Source: Eledone cirrhosa (lineage: Eukaryota). From it: a stretch of 64,000 nucleotides of DNA. Made by a program: the position numbers and the translations under genes. This document shows, one piece after another, positions 15,140-30,766 of the stretch; within the stretch, counting starts at the first letter, position 1; each line of letters opens with the position of its first letter. The stretch lies in the NCBI GenBank assembly GCA_964016885.1, contig OZ024740.1, positions 277,698,001 to 277,762,000 of the forward strand, written 5' to 3'. Under the pieces are notes generated by a model that saw nothing but the letters and a program-made list of their open reading frames with translations, had not been told where the DNA came from and searched no databases.

Positions 15140-16175
15140 TAAATATAGGTTTCAAGGAACATAGAATATTAATCTGCATTTAAATCATAATATGTGTTTA
15201 CATAGTAGTGTCAGTATTAGGAAATGGTATTTGTAAGAAAGAAGGCTAAATTATGCATTTTAATATAAGTAGACTATTAATTATAGGTTAATTAAAGTAA
15301 AAATAGTTAATATATTAATTTCTAAGGTGTATACTACTTAGGTTTATAATATTTAAAGCGGAATTTTGAAGTTAAACAGTAGTAGAGTATTAATTATAGC
15401 ATAACTAAATTAAAAATATTAACATGATGGTATCAATTTTAGGAAATGAATTTTGTAATAGGGAAAGCCAAAACAAGTATTTCATCGGTAGTAGAATATT
15501 AATTATAGGTTAACTAAATTAATTTCTATAGGTTAACTAAATTAATTTCTATAGTATATGTTAATTAGGTTTATAATAATTAAAGCAAAATTTTGTATTT
15601 TATCTATAGTAGAATATAATTATAGGTTAACTAAATTAAAATTAATCTATATATTTATTTATAAAGAATATATTAGTTAGGTATATATTTAAAAGTTTTT
15701 CTCAGTTTATGATTACATGATATTCTGCAATCCATCTGTATTAGAATTTTAATTTTAAGCTAACTAAATTAAAATTATAGGTTAACTAAATTAAAATTAA
15801 TTTATAAATTAATTTCTAAATTGTATATTAATTAGGTTTATAATATTAAAAAGTATTTCTCTGTTATTGATTACACGATATTTTGTTATATTTCATCTGT
15901 AAAGGAATTTTAATAAAAGGTTAAATAAACTAAAATTAATCTATATATTAATTTCCAAAGTATATATTAATTATGTTAATAATATTTAAAAGTTTTTCAC
16001 AGTTTATGATTACACGATATTTTTTAATTTCATCTGTAGTAGAATTTTAATTAAATTAAAATTATAGGTTAACTACATTTAAATTAATTTATATATTAAT
16101 TTCTAAAATATATATTATTAATTAGGTTTATAATATTTAAATGTTTTTCTCAGTTTATGATTACACGATATAATT
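15140..16175. repeat. Decaying tandem array (about 140-160 bp) derived from the PLE ORF 3' end
   Basis: GTTTTTCTCAGTTTATGATTACACGATAT recurs near 16143, 15993, 15855 and 15695; ATAGGTTAACTAAATTAA is repeated further left. Confidence 0.8.
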
Positions 16176-17941
16176 AATTCCTGTCGCTTATTTAATAGTA
16201 TATCCTTAGATTTCATTATTTCAAATAGTTCTTGGGAACACAATCTACATTCATTTCTATTATTTTGATAAGGGGTGGTTCTTTTGAGCACACTCCAGGT
16301 CATATCATATTCTATATTCTTATTTCTATAACTATTAATTTTTTCTGCTAGAGATGTTGTATTAGCCAGTGCGGCATTTTTAAAACTATGTTTGTGGGTA
16401 TTAAACCTTACCTTAAAAATGTTAGAAGTAGCTCCTATATATGAGCAAATAGAATCTTTAGTTTTAACTTTACATTTATAAACTATGTTGTTAACAAGAC
16501 AATTTCCTTTTAATGGGCAGTTTGCTTTGTTTCTACAGTTACAACCTTTCGTTAATTCTGTATTTGAGGAGATATTATGGTTAGTTTTATGTATTGGTGG
16601 TATACGTATGGTTTTTTTACATTTATATGCATTATTGGCACTTATATTTTGTTTTATGTTTTTGGTTGTTGAGTATGAGAATTTAACTGTTGATCTATTT
16701 AAGATTTGATGGTAATTGTGGTTTGGCGGGAAGTTTTTCTCTAGGATATTAAAATTTTTTTTGGCAATATTATCCTTAATTTGTAAATTAAATGGAGCAT
16801 TATACCAAGTAACTCGTCTATTACGGTTTCTATGTTGTTTATTGTTTTTATAGGATGCATCGTGATGTTTACTAGGAGGATTAATGTTAATGACCTCACC
16901 ACGCACATTTTTAGTTAGATTTATTGATTTAGGTGTTTTAGCTTGTTTATTAGGAGTTTTATTATTAACATTTATTAGAGTTGTATGATGAGTAGTTTTT
17001 TGAGAGTTACTATACTTTATATTAGAGGAGTTAGAGAAATTTGGTTTTATGTTGGTATTTTGGGGTATATTGTGAGTGGCATTTAGGTGTGTACTTTTCA
17101 TTTGGTGTTTGTTGGTAATATTAGGTTGTATGTTTATAGTGTTATTAGTAGAAGGTATATATTCCAATCTATTTTTGTGGCCACTTCTATCTAGAGCTTC
17201 GTTATAGAAGGTCGCATTTTTAAAAAATACATCTTGGTTAGACGAAAGGTTAGAAATTCTAAGTGATATATTATATGCAAGGTTTTTAAGGATAGATTTA
17301 GGGTGATTAGATTGTGAGTGTATGTAGTGTAAGTTTTGGTTGGGTTTATGGTAAGGTTGGTAGATACCCGTAGCTAAGTCTAAAGTTATATCTAGGAAAT
17401 TAACTACTTTACTTGTGTTTTCAAAAGTAATATGAAGACTATAATAGTCTTTAAGGAAAGTTCTAATAAGCTTTTTGTTTTTTTCTATTTCTGAGAGGCT
17501 AAGGTTGTTGGAAAGAAGAAGACAGTCATCACGATATAAACCACCTTTAAGGTGGGGAAAGGAAGAATTTATGTTAAAAAGAAGAAAAAGGCCCACAAGA
17601 TCAGTAATTTGGGCAGAATCGCTTGAACCCATAGTAATATCAAATAGATTACTATATGTGTTTCTGGTCCAGTATTCATTCTGAAATTCAATAAGTGTTA
17701 GTCTAGCATGTGTAATAATATTAATGTCATCCAAAGTTAAGTTAGATCTATTTTTAGCAAATATCAAAGCTTTGTTCAGGAGTATAGGTGATATAGAAGA
17801 ATAGTAATTATCTATATCAAATTGTAGAAATGAAGCAGAAGATTTACATCTAATATTTTTAAACCAGTTAATTACCTGGGAAGTGTTTTCCCAGAGTGGT
17901 AAATTAACATGTTTTCTTATTTGTGGGATGACTCTATCCAA
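16118..17941 (-). CDS. PLE reverse transcriptase / GIY-YIG endonuclease, 607-aa open segment (TE pseudogene)
   Basis: Motifs as above; N-terminus detached by frameshifts near 17940 and 18262. Confidence 0.85.
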   Translation of the reverse strand: MDRVIPQIRKHVNLPLWENTSQVINWFKNIRCKSSASFLQFDIDNYYSSISPILLNKALIFAKNRSNLTLDDINIITHARLTLIEFQNEYWTRNTYSNLFDITMGSSDSAQITDLVGLFLLFNINSSFPHLKGGLYRDDCLLLSNNLSLSEIEKNKKLIRTFLKDYYSLHITFENTSKVVNFLDITLDLATGIYQPYHKPNQNLHYIHSQSNHPKSILKNLAYNISLRISNLSSNQDVFFKNATFYNEALDRSGHKNRLEYIPSTNNTINIQPNITNKHQMKSTHLNATHNIPQNTNIKPNFSNSSNIKYSNSQKTTHHTTLINVNNKTPNKQAKTPKSINLTKNVRGEVININPPSKHHDASYKNNKQHRNRNRRVTWYNAPFNLQIKDNIAKKNFNILEKNFPPNHNYHQILNRSTVKFSYSTTKNIKQNISANNAYKCKKTIRIPPIHKTNHNISSNTELTKGCNCRNKANCPLKGNCLVNNIVYKCKVKTKDSICSYIGATSNIFKVRFNTHKHSFKNAALANTTSLAEKINSYRNKNIEYDMTWSVLKRTTPYQNNRNECRLCSQELFEIMKSKDILLNKRQELIISCNHKLRKTFKYYKPN

Positions 17942-18546
17942 AATTTTTTTTGCTAATTACTCCAATATCAGATTTGGACGGACATATAAGTCTTATAGAA
18001 GGATTTGAGTTAAAGTTTGATTTATGATCTTTCAGGTTGAAGTGTGGTCTTTTCAATGCCAAAGGTTCAGTTCTATCCTCAATATTTAGTTTATTCACTA
18101 AGTTGTGTGTTTTGTTGTTGATGTTGGTGAGTGACGCATTATTAGTTTTTCTATAATTTTTCCTGAGTTCTTTATATATGAACTCATTGTAATTTTCAAT
18201 ATCCATGTGATATAAGTTTCCAGTTTTGTCCGAGTGGACATGGATTTTTTCAGACTTTTTTAGGTCCAATAGGGTAGAATCAAGTCCTTTTGAAAGATAG
18301 ATTTATACATCTTAAATTTGAGGTGTTTAATTAAATTAAAAAGGTCTTTCTCAAAGTCTTCAAGTAGAGAGTTGTGTGGTGGATTCTTGTAAGTAGTGAA
18401 ATCATACATATATTTCCTATCTGTATATTTAGATTTTTTATCGAAGTGGTAGGCCCTCCATCTAACTCTTCTGATAAATTGGTTAGTTTCCTGTATCATA
18501 AGGAGTAAGAAGTCATCCTTAGAAGGTATTGGTATATTCTGTATAC

Positions 18547-19712
<1,166 letters not shown>

Positions 19713-19715
19713 TAA

Positions 19716-19976
19716 TATATTATATATATATATATATTTTAAAAAATTTTTGACAGCGATACATGACCCAGCTAACAGGACAGACACGCGTGGTAAGTAA
19801 TACGCACAAAAAAGCACGTATACATACGTACGAAATAGTAAACACATACACACACTCTCATACATAAATATACATAAACAAATACTAAAACACATACACA
19901 TACATACACAAATACGCACACGTATACATATTAAACACACACACATATGTATATGTAATTATACACACCCACACAC

Positions 19977-20037
<61 letters not shown>

Positions 20038-20282
20038 CACATATACACATATATATATATATATATATACAAAAATATAAACGCACACACACACACACAC
20101 GCATATACGTAAACACACATATACATACATAGCTAAACAATTATACACATGCAAATGCGTATATATCAAAAACACGCACAACCCCCAAAAAGTACACACA
20201 CACATACACACACACACACACAACAACACACACACATAGATAAACAAATAATAAACACACACACACACATATACATACATAC

Positions 20283-20361
<79 letters not shown>

Positions 20362-20665
20362 CATATATACACACACATACACACATACGTACATATACAC
20401 ATGTGCATAGACATACACACACACATATACATGTGTGTATGTGTAAAACTCAGTATTAGAAAAGACAAATGAACCTTACATAAACGTATATATAATAGTA
20501 AGGTAATAAAGCAACATAAGGCAATTATTCCATTCACCAGAGGTTTCTTAAAAGCAAAAAATGTTTCCTTCAGTCTTCAGAATGAAAAAAAGTGAAAAAA
20601 ACCTGGTTTATCCACATATACATACATATACACACACAAATATACATATATATACACATACACAA

Positions 20666-20696
<31 letters not shown>

Positions 20697-21263
20697 CACA
20701 CACATATATACATACACATATACATATATATATATATATACACACATATATATACACACAAAAATACATACACATACACATAGGTATGTGAAGGGCAAAA
20801 CAAAAAGAATATATGGGGGGGGGGGCTAAGAGGAGGTAAAAATATAAGGGGAGGTAAGAGAGAACAAAATTTTAAATATACAAGAGTACAGAAGGTAGAA
20901 TCAGCAAAATAAAAACCGTAGCAGAAGTAAAGAGCAGAGAAGGAGTTCAAGGCGGTTGATTTATCATAGGAGTGTCAATCCAGTTACAGATCAGATGCGA
21001 TTTCAGATGAGGACAGCATCTGAAGATCTCAGTCTTTGAATTAAGGCAAGCGGAAGTGGCTCTCAAGTTTAGCAAAATCCTATACTTTTCTGTGGTACAC
21101 AAAGAACAATTCGTTGTGCCCCTTTGGTACTCTCTCGAATGGTCTAATATAGACCAATCAATAGAGTACGGGATATTACTATCCCCTTGAGATCCCATAC
21201 CTTACTTGCGAGATCCCATATCTTTTTTGTATATATATATATATATATATGTGTGTATATGTG

Positions 21264-21322
<59 letters not shown>

Positions 21323-21572
21323 ATATAATTACATATACATATGTGTGTGTGTTTAATATGTATACGTGTGCGTGTTTGTGTATGTATGTGTATGTATGTG
21401 TTTTTGTATTTGTTTATGTATATTTATGTATGAGAGTGTGTGTATGTGTTTACTATTTCGTACGTATGTATACGTGCTTTTTTGTGCGTATTACTTACCA
21501 CGCGTTTCTGTCCTGTTAGCTGGGTCATGTATCGCTGTCAAAAATTTTTTAAAATATATATATATATATATA
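19716..21572 (-). mobile_element. Second Naiad-like PLE 3' fragment with its own inverted tail (19716-19990 / 21300-21572)
   Basis: ORF 20947-21198 WSIL..CSLCTTEK..LNSKTEIFRCCPH; mutated hammerhead at 20528-20587 (-). Confidence 0.85.
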
Positions 21573-21699
21573 TATTTTTTTTCTTATATTTATTTGCGTA
21601 TGTGAATATGTAGAGGAGTGCATTCATGTATGTGTATGTATGTACGTTTTGTATGTTTGTGTGAATGTATGTATGTGTATATATATGTGTGTGTGTATG

Positions 21700-21753
21700 G
21701 CTATGTTTGTGTATGTGTATGCTTGTTCACACACATGTGTATGTGTGTGGATA

Positions 21754-21820
<67 letters not shown>

Positions 21821-22206
21821 GTGTGTGCGTGTGTGTATATGTATTAATGTATGTATGTGTATATGTGTGTATATATGTGTTTGTGTAGGTAAGTGTACGT
21901 TTTATATATATGTGTATATGTATATATGTATGCGTACATATATATATGTATATATGTATGTGTGTGTAAGTATGCTTTTGGGTTTTTTTTGTGTGTGTGT
22001 TTGCATGCGTAGTTTTATTTTATTTTTCCTTTCCTTCTCCCTTCTCCAGCCTCACTTTCATATAGATTGCATTTTTGGTTTTGTAATCCAAATTCAATAA
22101 ACAAACCAGCTTTTTCCGTTCTGAGGATTGAAAGCAAAACCTTTTGCTTTTAAGAAACCACTGGTAAATGGAATAATTGCCTTATGTTGTTTATTACATA
22201 ATAATA
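21700..22206 (+). repeat. Inverted copy of 12903-13420 (PLE pLTR)
   Basis: Reverse-complement match including the hammerhead. Confidence 0.95.
22114..22173 (+). ncRNA. Type I hammerhead ribozyme, complete
   Basis: ttccgtt CTGAGGA ttgaaagcaaaa cc ttttgcttttaa GAAA cca c tgg TA aatggaa. Confidence 0.8.
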
Positions 22207-22314
22207 ATAATTAAGCTCTGTTGCCTACATAGAGCACTCTTTTTTCCTGGACTTTTCCGATGGAATTACTTCATATATATATATATCCCTATCTCAATAT
22301 ATATATATATATAT

Positions 22315-23091
22315 ATAAAATCGAGGTCTAGCAAATAGAGAAATAGTTTTTAAATAAATAAAATAAAAAAAATTCGCTGTACTTACTATATGTGCCTTTA
22401 ATGCGGTTTCATGATCCAGAATAAACGGAAAATCCAAGCGGATTTCCATTAAGAAGGGAGCAATCTTCAGAAGGCTCTTCTCCCTCGGAGAATATAAAAT
22501 TCCCGAGTTCAAATCACAAACTGACGCCATAAAAAACCATTCCCAAATAAGAGCGGATGATGAAAGAAATAATTCTGTCTGGTTCAGTGTGCAAATACAA
22601 AGGCAGGGTGGACAGGTCAATGTCCTGCCACTAGAAATAGCAGCAGTCCAAACGGCCAAAATTTCATCTCTACCTTAGGAGGAGATCAATAATAATAAAG
22701 TATGAATTCCTACGTGTAAAAAATACATATAGGGAAACAAGTATTATCCAACCGTATGCCAATGTGGTTCTATGGCGGGTTAATAAATTAACAAGCCAGA
22801 ACATTTTATATTCTCCGAGGGAGAAGAGCCTTCTGAAGATTGCTACCTTCTCAATGGAAATCCGCTTGGATTTTCCGTTTATTCTGAAGCATGAAAGCGC
22901 GGTAAAGGCACATATAGTAAGTACAGAGAATTTTTTTATATTTATTTAAAAACTTTTTCTCTATTTGCTAGACCTCGATTTTATATATTCTGGCTTGTTA
23001 ATTTATTAACCCGCCATAGAACCACATTGGCATACGGTTGGATAATACTTGTTTCCATATATGTATTTTTTACACGTAGGAATTCATACTT

Positions 23092-23097
<6 letters not shown>
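22315..23097. repeat. Interleaved double inverted repeat A' B A B' made of pLTR-like sequence
   Basis: 22315-22500 pairs with 22803-22985; 22693-22800 pairs with 22988-23097. Confidence 0.9.
22828..22909 (+). ncRNA. Hammerhead motif with extended stem II
   Basis: gcctt-CTGAAGA-t-tgct..agca-t-GAAA-gcgcgg-TA-aaggc; comparing both copies suggests a palindromic ACCGCGGT stem III. Confidence 0.7.
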
Positions 23098-23173
<76 letters not shown>

Positions 23174-23389
23174 CCCACTCTACTACCCTAAGTATCGAGT
23201 ACTCTGGTGCGTTATGGTCCACCTGGTTTCTTACCACACTTTCTTTGCTATATATATATATATATATGTGTGTGTGTATATATATATATGTGTGTATGTG
23301 TGTGTGTGTGTGTACAGAAATAACAACACAATAGGTACAGTATATGGAAGGGATATATTAGGTCAACGCTTGATATAGCAGGAAGAGGG

Positions 23390-23425
23390 TCTTAACGTTT
23401 CGGACCCTAGCCCTTCATCAGAAGA
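23390..23425 (-). ncRNA. Minimal hammerhead-like motif (solo PLE pLTR relic)
   Basis: Minus tctt-CTGATGA-agggctagggtcc-GAAACGTTA-aga with palindromic AACGTT. Confidence 0.55.
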
Positions 23426-24065
23426 AAGAATGTGAAATAAGATAAATTGAAGGTACGGGCGGGATGGAATTGGGAAAAAATGTATTTCGATAAAAATAAC
23501 AGGTCCATTCTAGATTTACGAAATCACACTAACACAAGATGCATTGTGCATCTATGGCAGTGTAATCACCTGCCACACAGTATCTTACTCAATGATAACT
23601 AAAATAAATTCCAGAAACACCGTATATTCATACAGATTTAGTAGTGTGGTGACAATAATCGAACAAATTGATTATGGTTGTCAATAAGATTAATACAACT
23701 AACACTAAGTAATAAAAAGAAATATCAAAAATATTGATATATACCCAAACTAGCGCTGGTTTCACCGATGTTACTAGCCATGTTGTAAATAAGTGCATAG
23801 TCTAACTGTCAGCCGCAGAAGAATCGGGAATTGGCACACTGATGTTCAGAGTGATGATCCGGTAAACAGCACAGGGAAAACTGGATATCTCTTGAGGTAC
23901 CTGACATGCAAGTAGAAGCTAGCTTTCTTCACCTGTGCCTGCCAAGGACTTAAATATGAAGTTGTTATATCTGTACGACTGCGTTGCATAAAAGAGGCGA
24001 GAAATTAACGGAAAACTACATACGCATCTTTAAAATAGTCACTCAACTACATTTACTAAAAGGAG

Positions 24066-24112
<47 letters not shown>

Positions 24113-25015
24113 CTAGCAGTGGTACCCGGCATTGCACGGGATAAGGTATTTTGGAAGGCGGGCCGCCAACAAACCTAATCGTGGAAAAACTCCATGCCTG
24201 GACAATATGTAAAGAAAATAAACCGAATACTTTGATGGCTGGATAATCTTTAAGATTTTCCTCGATGAAGGAGGAAAAATGCAGGTTTTCACCTAATGCG
24301 GGCCCTAGGGATCAAGAAAATGATTTTTTTTATTTGCATAATATGCCTTGAAATTTCGGGAAAATCGGCTAGACGTAACGCCTCCAAAAAGCCCTAAAAA
24401 GCTGAAAATATGAAGTTTTTCACCTAATGCGGGCCCTAGGCCATAAAAAAGTTGGATTATCTTTGCTCACTGTATGAAGAAGAGACTGAATAATACATAA
24501 TTACAATTTCAAGGAAATCGGTCTGACGTAACGCCTCCAAAAAACCCTAAAAAGCTTAAAAAACGCAGTTTTTCAACTAATGCGAGCCCCAGGAGATCAA
24601 AACGTTGAATTTTTCATCTGCATAAAACTTCCTGAAACATAGGTAATACATATGTAAAATTTGGAAAAAAAATCGGTTGGGTACTTCTCGAGTTTTAGGG
24701 ATTCAAACTCACAGACACACACAAACATCCTCAGGGAAGTGACGTAATGCAGACAGCCAGACATACAAACAGATATTATAAGGGCACAACATTATATGTA
24801 TGTATCTATCTAAAAAGAGAAAGACTAAGAATTATAGAGAGAGATCGCTAAATCGCCTAATGTGGTCCCTAGGGCATTGAAAATTTGAAATTCTTTTTGC
24901 TCAGAACACTGCCTGAAACATAAGTATTTGAAAACAGTCGATTGGGTGGTTCTCGAGTTTTACGGATTCAAACTCACACACACACAGACGACATCCTCAG
25001 TTTTATATATATAGA
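24113..25015 (-). mobile_element. Non-autonomous Helitron
   Basis: Minus strand starts TC and ends with hairpin CCCGTGCAATGCCGGG + 8 nt + CTAG, inserted in A|T; internal subrepeats CTAATGCGGGCCCTAGGG x4. Confidence 0.85.
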
Positions 25016-25055
25016 TAATAATAAAATGTGGAGAGGAAGCGCACGAGTTAGGATA

Positions 25056-27873
25056 TATATATATGAAAACAGGGAGAAAAAGACGATTATTAGGATGAAA
25101 AATATGTTTTTTCTTTTTATTTTTTTCTCTTTTTTTTCTGGGTTAGAAAATGATTAAAATGAAATATTTTACTTTGTGTGAAGTGTTAGTTGATTTATTT
25201 ATTAATTAAACAATGGCAATTATTTATTTATTTATATATTTAATATTACCGGTTTCAGCATTTTTATGCATTATCAAATGATAATAATATGTATTGGTGT
25301 AGAATGGTGATGTTAGACATGTTAAAGAAATGGTGAAAAAAGAATAATGTTATTTACAAACAAGGTTTATGAAGTGAAAAGAAAAAATGAAAATAAGGAA
25401 CGTAATGTGGAGCATAATAAGGCAATGTGAAAGAAAAAATAATGTTATTTACAGGCATAGTTCTTGAAGATAATCAGATTAAAATGTGTTAATATAGCAA
25501 GAGTGCTTAGTTGATCCATGATGGAGGCAAATGGTGGACTGGGGTTTGATATGATTTCCCTTTTTAGAGAGTTAATATGCAGGGGGAGGTAATTCAGGGT
25601 CGGAGAGAATGGTGGATGGTATTTAATTTATTTAAGAGGTAGGGTGTTAGGTTGGTAACTCTTTAGAGAGACATAGGTATTTGTAAATGCTTTATTGTTC
25701 GTTCCAGTTTAGTACATTAAGTAGAGGTTGGAATTTGTTAATTAACTACTTTTCCTTATTGGTACAATGGATGAAAATAGCGTTGTCTACGAATTTGTAA
25801 ATGGGGAAAATTTTAAAGTTTAGATGTTGGTTGGGTGCACAATTGGCGATATGTTCATTAAACGCAATCTTTCTGTATTCCTGTATTTTGATTTGTGATT
25901 TATGGATGGTCATACGTTGTCGGAGGTTGTTTTTTGTCTGTCCTATGTAGTGCTCTTGACAACCTGAGCAGGTCAAAACATAGATTAGGTTTTCAGATGC
26001 ACATGTAAAGTTGTGTTTAACTGTGAAATGTTGTCCTTGTTTAAAATGGAATGTTTAATCTTCTATTAGATTTTTGCATATACCACAGTTGGGCCTTCCG
26101 CATTTTGTTACTGTAGGGTTCATAGTGAGGGTTTGTTGGATTTGGGCTTGTGTGAGGATGTTTTTTATGGATTTAGGTTGTCTTTTGCTCTTTATGATGT
26201 GTGTTTGTAGGATTTTGTTCCTTCTTGGGTCTTTTTTTAGTAAAGGAATGTTCTAGAGGAAGGATGTGTCAAATGCCTCATTGTTGAGGGGGTTGTGTGT
26301 GGGGATGTATGGTAGAGTTTTCTGTTGCGGTTCATTCGTGGGTTTGGGGTGTCTGAGTTCCTGGATGTCGAGTTTTAGGGCACGTTGGAATCCATTGTTG
26401 ATTAAGGATGGTGGGTAGTTTCTGCTGATAAGTGTGGTTTTTAATTCTTCTAGTCGTGTGTAGCATGTGTATTTATCTGAAACTATTGTGCAGATCCTTC
26501 TGGCTAGGTTATAAGGAATTGCCATTTTGGTATGTCGAGGGTGGCACGAGTTGAATGGAAGGTATTGTTTGGAGTCTGTGGGTTTTTAGTATATGTCTGT
26601 TTCTATTTTGTTCTTTGTTTTCTTGATGAGGATGTCGAGGAAAGGGAGTTGTTCATGGTTGTAATCCATCGGGAATTGTAAGTTTGTGTTGAGTCCATTT
26701 AGAAGGGTTTTAAACTCAATCAGTCTATCTATACTTTCATGCCAGATGATGAAGCAGTCGTCCAGATATCTCTTCCAGTTCTTTTCTATGTGTTGGTAGA
26801 AGCGGTTACCGTATTTCTCTAGAACTTTGCGGTAGAGAGTGGTTTCCAAATATCCCATGACAAGGTTGGCGTATGAGGGGGCCACTTTCGTGCCCATGGA
26901 AGTCCTAAATTTCTGTCTGTAGTATTTGGCATTGAATTCGAAAAAAATTGTTTTCCAAGATGAATTTGAGTCCCTCCAACACAAATTCTTTAGGGATGCG
27001 CTGTGGAAGTTCACTAGGGAAATTTTCAAGCCAGAATTGTATTGCCTCTATACCTAGGTTTTGTGGGATATTGGAATATAAATTGATGACATCAAAGGTT
27101 ACTAGTAGGGTATGTTCATTATTGAGTGTTGTTAGGAGGTGGTTGAGCCTGTCAAGGTCGTCTCTTATGAAGCTGTTTATGTGTTTTAGGAAAGGATTTA
27201 GCAGAATATCTAGGAAGTTGCTTAGGCAGTGGGTTTCACATGTAGTGCCTGCTATTATGGGTCTTAATTTAAGGTCATCAGGAGGGTCTATATTGATGTA
27301 AATGTATGTGGCTTGCTTGCAGGCCCTACCTATTACTTCGCTTTTGTGTGTCTTTGGGATACCGTAGAAGAGGCTGGTTCTGCTTTTGAAATTGGTGATG
27401 TAGTTGTATTCGTTGTCTGTAAGGCCTTCTTCGTAAAGGGTTTTTAGGGATTTTAGGTTTCTCATTATTTTCTGCTGTGTGTAGTGTTGGGCCTTTTCAT
27501 AATATGTTTGGTTTTCTAGAGTTGAGAGTACTAGAGTCGTGTAGTAATCTGTCCCCATAAGGATTACTGAACTCCCTTTATCTGCCTCTTTGATTGTTAG
27601 AGTTTTGTCGTTTTTTAGACTGTTAAGACAATTCCATTCTTTTTTGCTTAGGTTTGGAATTTGTTTATGTCTGTGTAGGTGGTGTTATGGGTAATTAGTA
27701 ATGTGTTCGCAGAATTGATGGAGAAATTTGTTCTTGTCTTTTGGTGGGGTGTAGTTGCTTCTATTTCTGGCTATTGAGTCATCCTCATTGAATTTGTCGT
27801 ATAGTTGCACACTGAGTCTTAGTTTTCTACAGAATTCTGTAATATTTTCCTTCATTTCAGGGTAGTTTGGTTG
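25056..27873 (-). mobile_element. PLE, Neptune-like (RT, CxxxxCxxC linker, GIY-YIG), frameshifted
   Basis: LKLRPII, FDVINLYSNIP, SMGTKVAPSYANL, RYLDD, KCGRPNCGIC, IYVLTCSGCQEHYIGQT. Confidence 0.92.
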
Positions 27874-28329
27874 TTTGCCTCCATCATGGATCAACTAAGC
27901 ACTCTTGCTATATTAACACATTTTGATCTGCTTATCTTCAAGAACTATGCCTGTAAATAACATTATTTTTTCTTTCACATTGCCTTATTATGCTCCACAT
28001 TACGTTCGTTTTTTTCTTATTTTCTTTTCACTTCATAAACCTTGTTTGTAAATAACATTATTCTTTCTGCACCATTTCTTTAACATGTCCAACACCACCA
28101 TTCTACACCAATACATATTATTATCATTTGATAATGCATAAAAATTCTGAAACTGGTAATAGACAATTATTAAATATATAAATAAATAAATAAATGCCAT
28201 TGTTAATTAATAAATAATCAACTAACACTTCACACAAAGTAAAATATTTCATTTTAATCATTTTCTAACCCAGAAAAAAGAGAGAAAAAAGATATATTTT
28301 CTTCCTAATAATCGTCTTTTTCTCCCTGT

Positions 28330-28340
<11 letters not shown>
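27874..28340 (+). repeat. Inverted copy of 25056-25533 (pLTR of the PLE)
   Basis: About 470-bp reverse-complement match with scattered differences; decayed hammerhead TTGATAA-t-gca..tgc-t-GAAACCGGTA at 25247-25277 (-). Confidence 0.93.
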
Positions 28341-28365
<25 letters not shown>

Positions 28366-28526
28366 GATAAAAAGTTATCGTTTTAGGTTATCCAGTGAGA
28401 GGCTGTGAGTACTCTGTATTGTAGATAGTTTTAGCGTACGGCGTTGTTTGACGCAACAAGAGGTTTCCATAGTTAGGTAGCGAGTTCGTGAGAATTCCCA
28501 TGCAGGCTATTGTTGGAGTAATAATA

Positions 28527-28815
28527 GTGAAAGATTGAAGAATAACATGGTCGGCTGTAGAAAAAGGGGTTTTATTTCTAGTATTAACAATTGTTTCATT
28601 AATCAGGTGAGTCTAAAGGCCGCTAATCACTCGAAGTTGCGTCACTCGACCTTAAATACATGTTTGCCTCTGATCAAAACATGTATTTAAGGTCGAGTGA
28701 CGCAACTTCGAGTGATTAGCGGCCTTTAGACTCACCTAATTAATGAAACAATTGTTAATACTAGAAATAAAACCCCTTTTTCTACAGCCGACCATGTTAT
28801 TCTTCAATCTTTCAC
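28527..28815. repeat. Near-perfect hairpin (139-bp arms, 11-nt loop)
   Basis: One mismatch seen between the arms. Confidence 0.95.
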
Positions 28816-28820
28816 CATAT

Positions 28821-28853
<33 letters not shown>

Positions 28854-28999
28854 GTTTGTAGAATCTGTCTCATGACAGCTTAGATGTACGTTAATTGCAC
28901 TTTGGCTGCACACCAGTCGGCGAAACTGCGCAGTCAGAACTATGAAGAAAAATTACTCGTTCTTCACACTTATAATTACACACAAATATATATATATAT

Positions 29000-30473
<1,474 letters not shown>

Positions 30474-30766
30474 TATATATATATATAAAAGAAAGTTTCG
30501 CTCTACATGGCTGAATACAATAAATGTAATCTGAGTTTTTCGAATATTAATAATAACATTCGATTTGTTTGCAATTATGCAAACAAGCCTCAATTTTATA
30601 GGCATGTCAGTAGAATGAACACTTCATTCTTGCTCTTATGTTGGCATGCGAACAGAACTGCAGACACTAATGTTTCTGGGTATCACACTTCATCAGTACA
30701 GCTTACTGTTCACCTGCCAAACTGTGAGAGCTAGTGAACATATATGCTATTTACAAAAATACACAG

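Noticed and set aside
16118-18539. Selenoprotein-type (UGA-recoding) Naiad or telomerase gene
   Set aside because: The 607-aa segment is open without in-frame TGA; the breaks are frameshifts; the GIY-YIG domain and pLTR identify a PLE, not TERT
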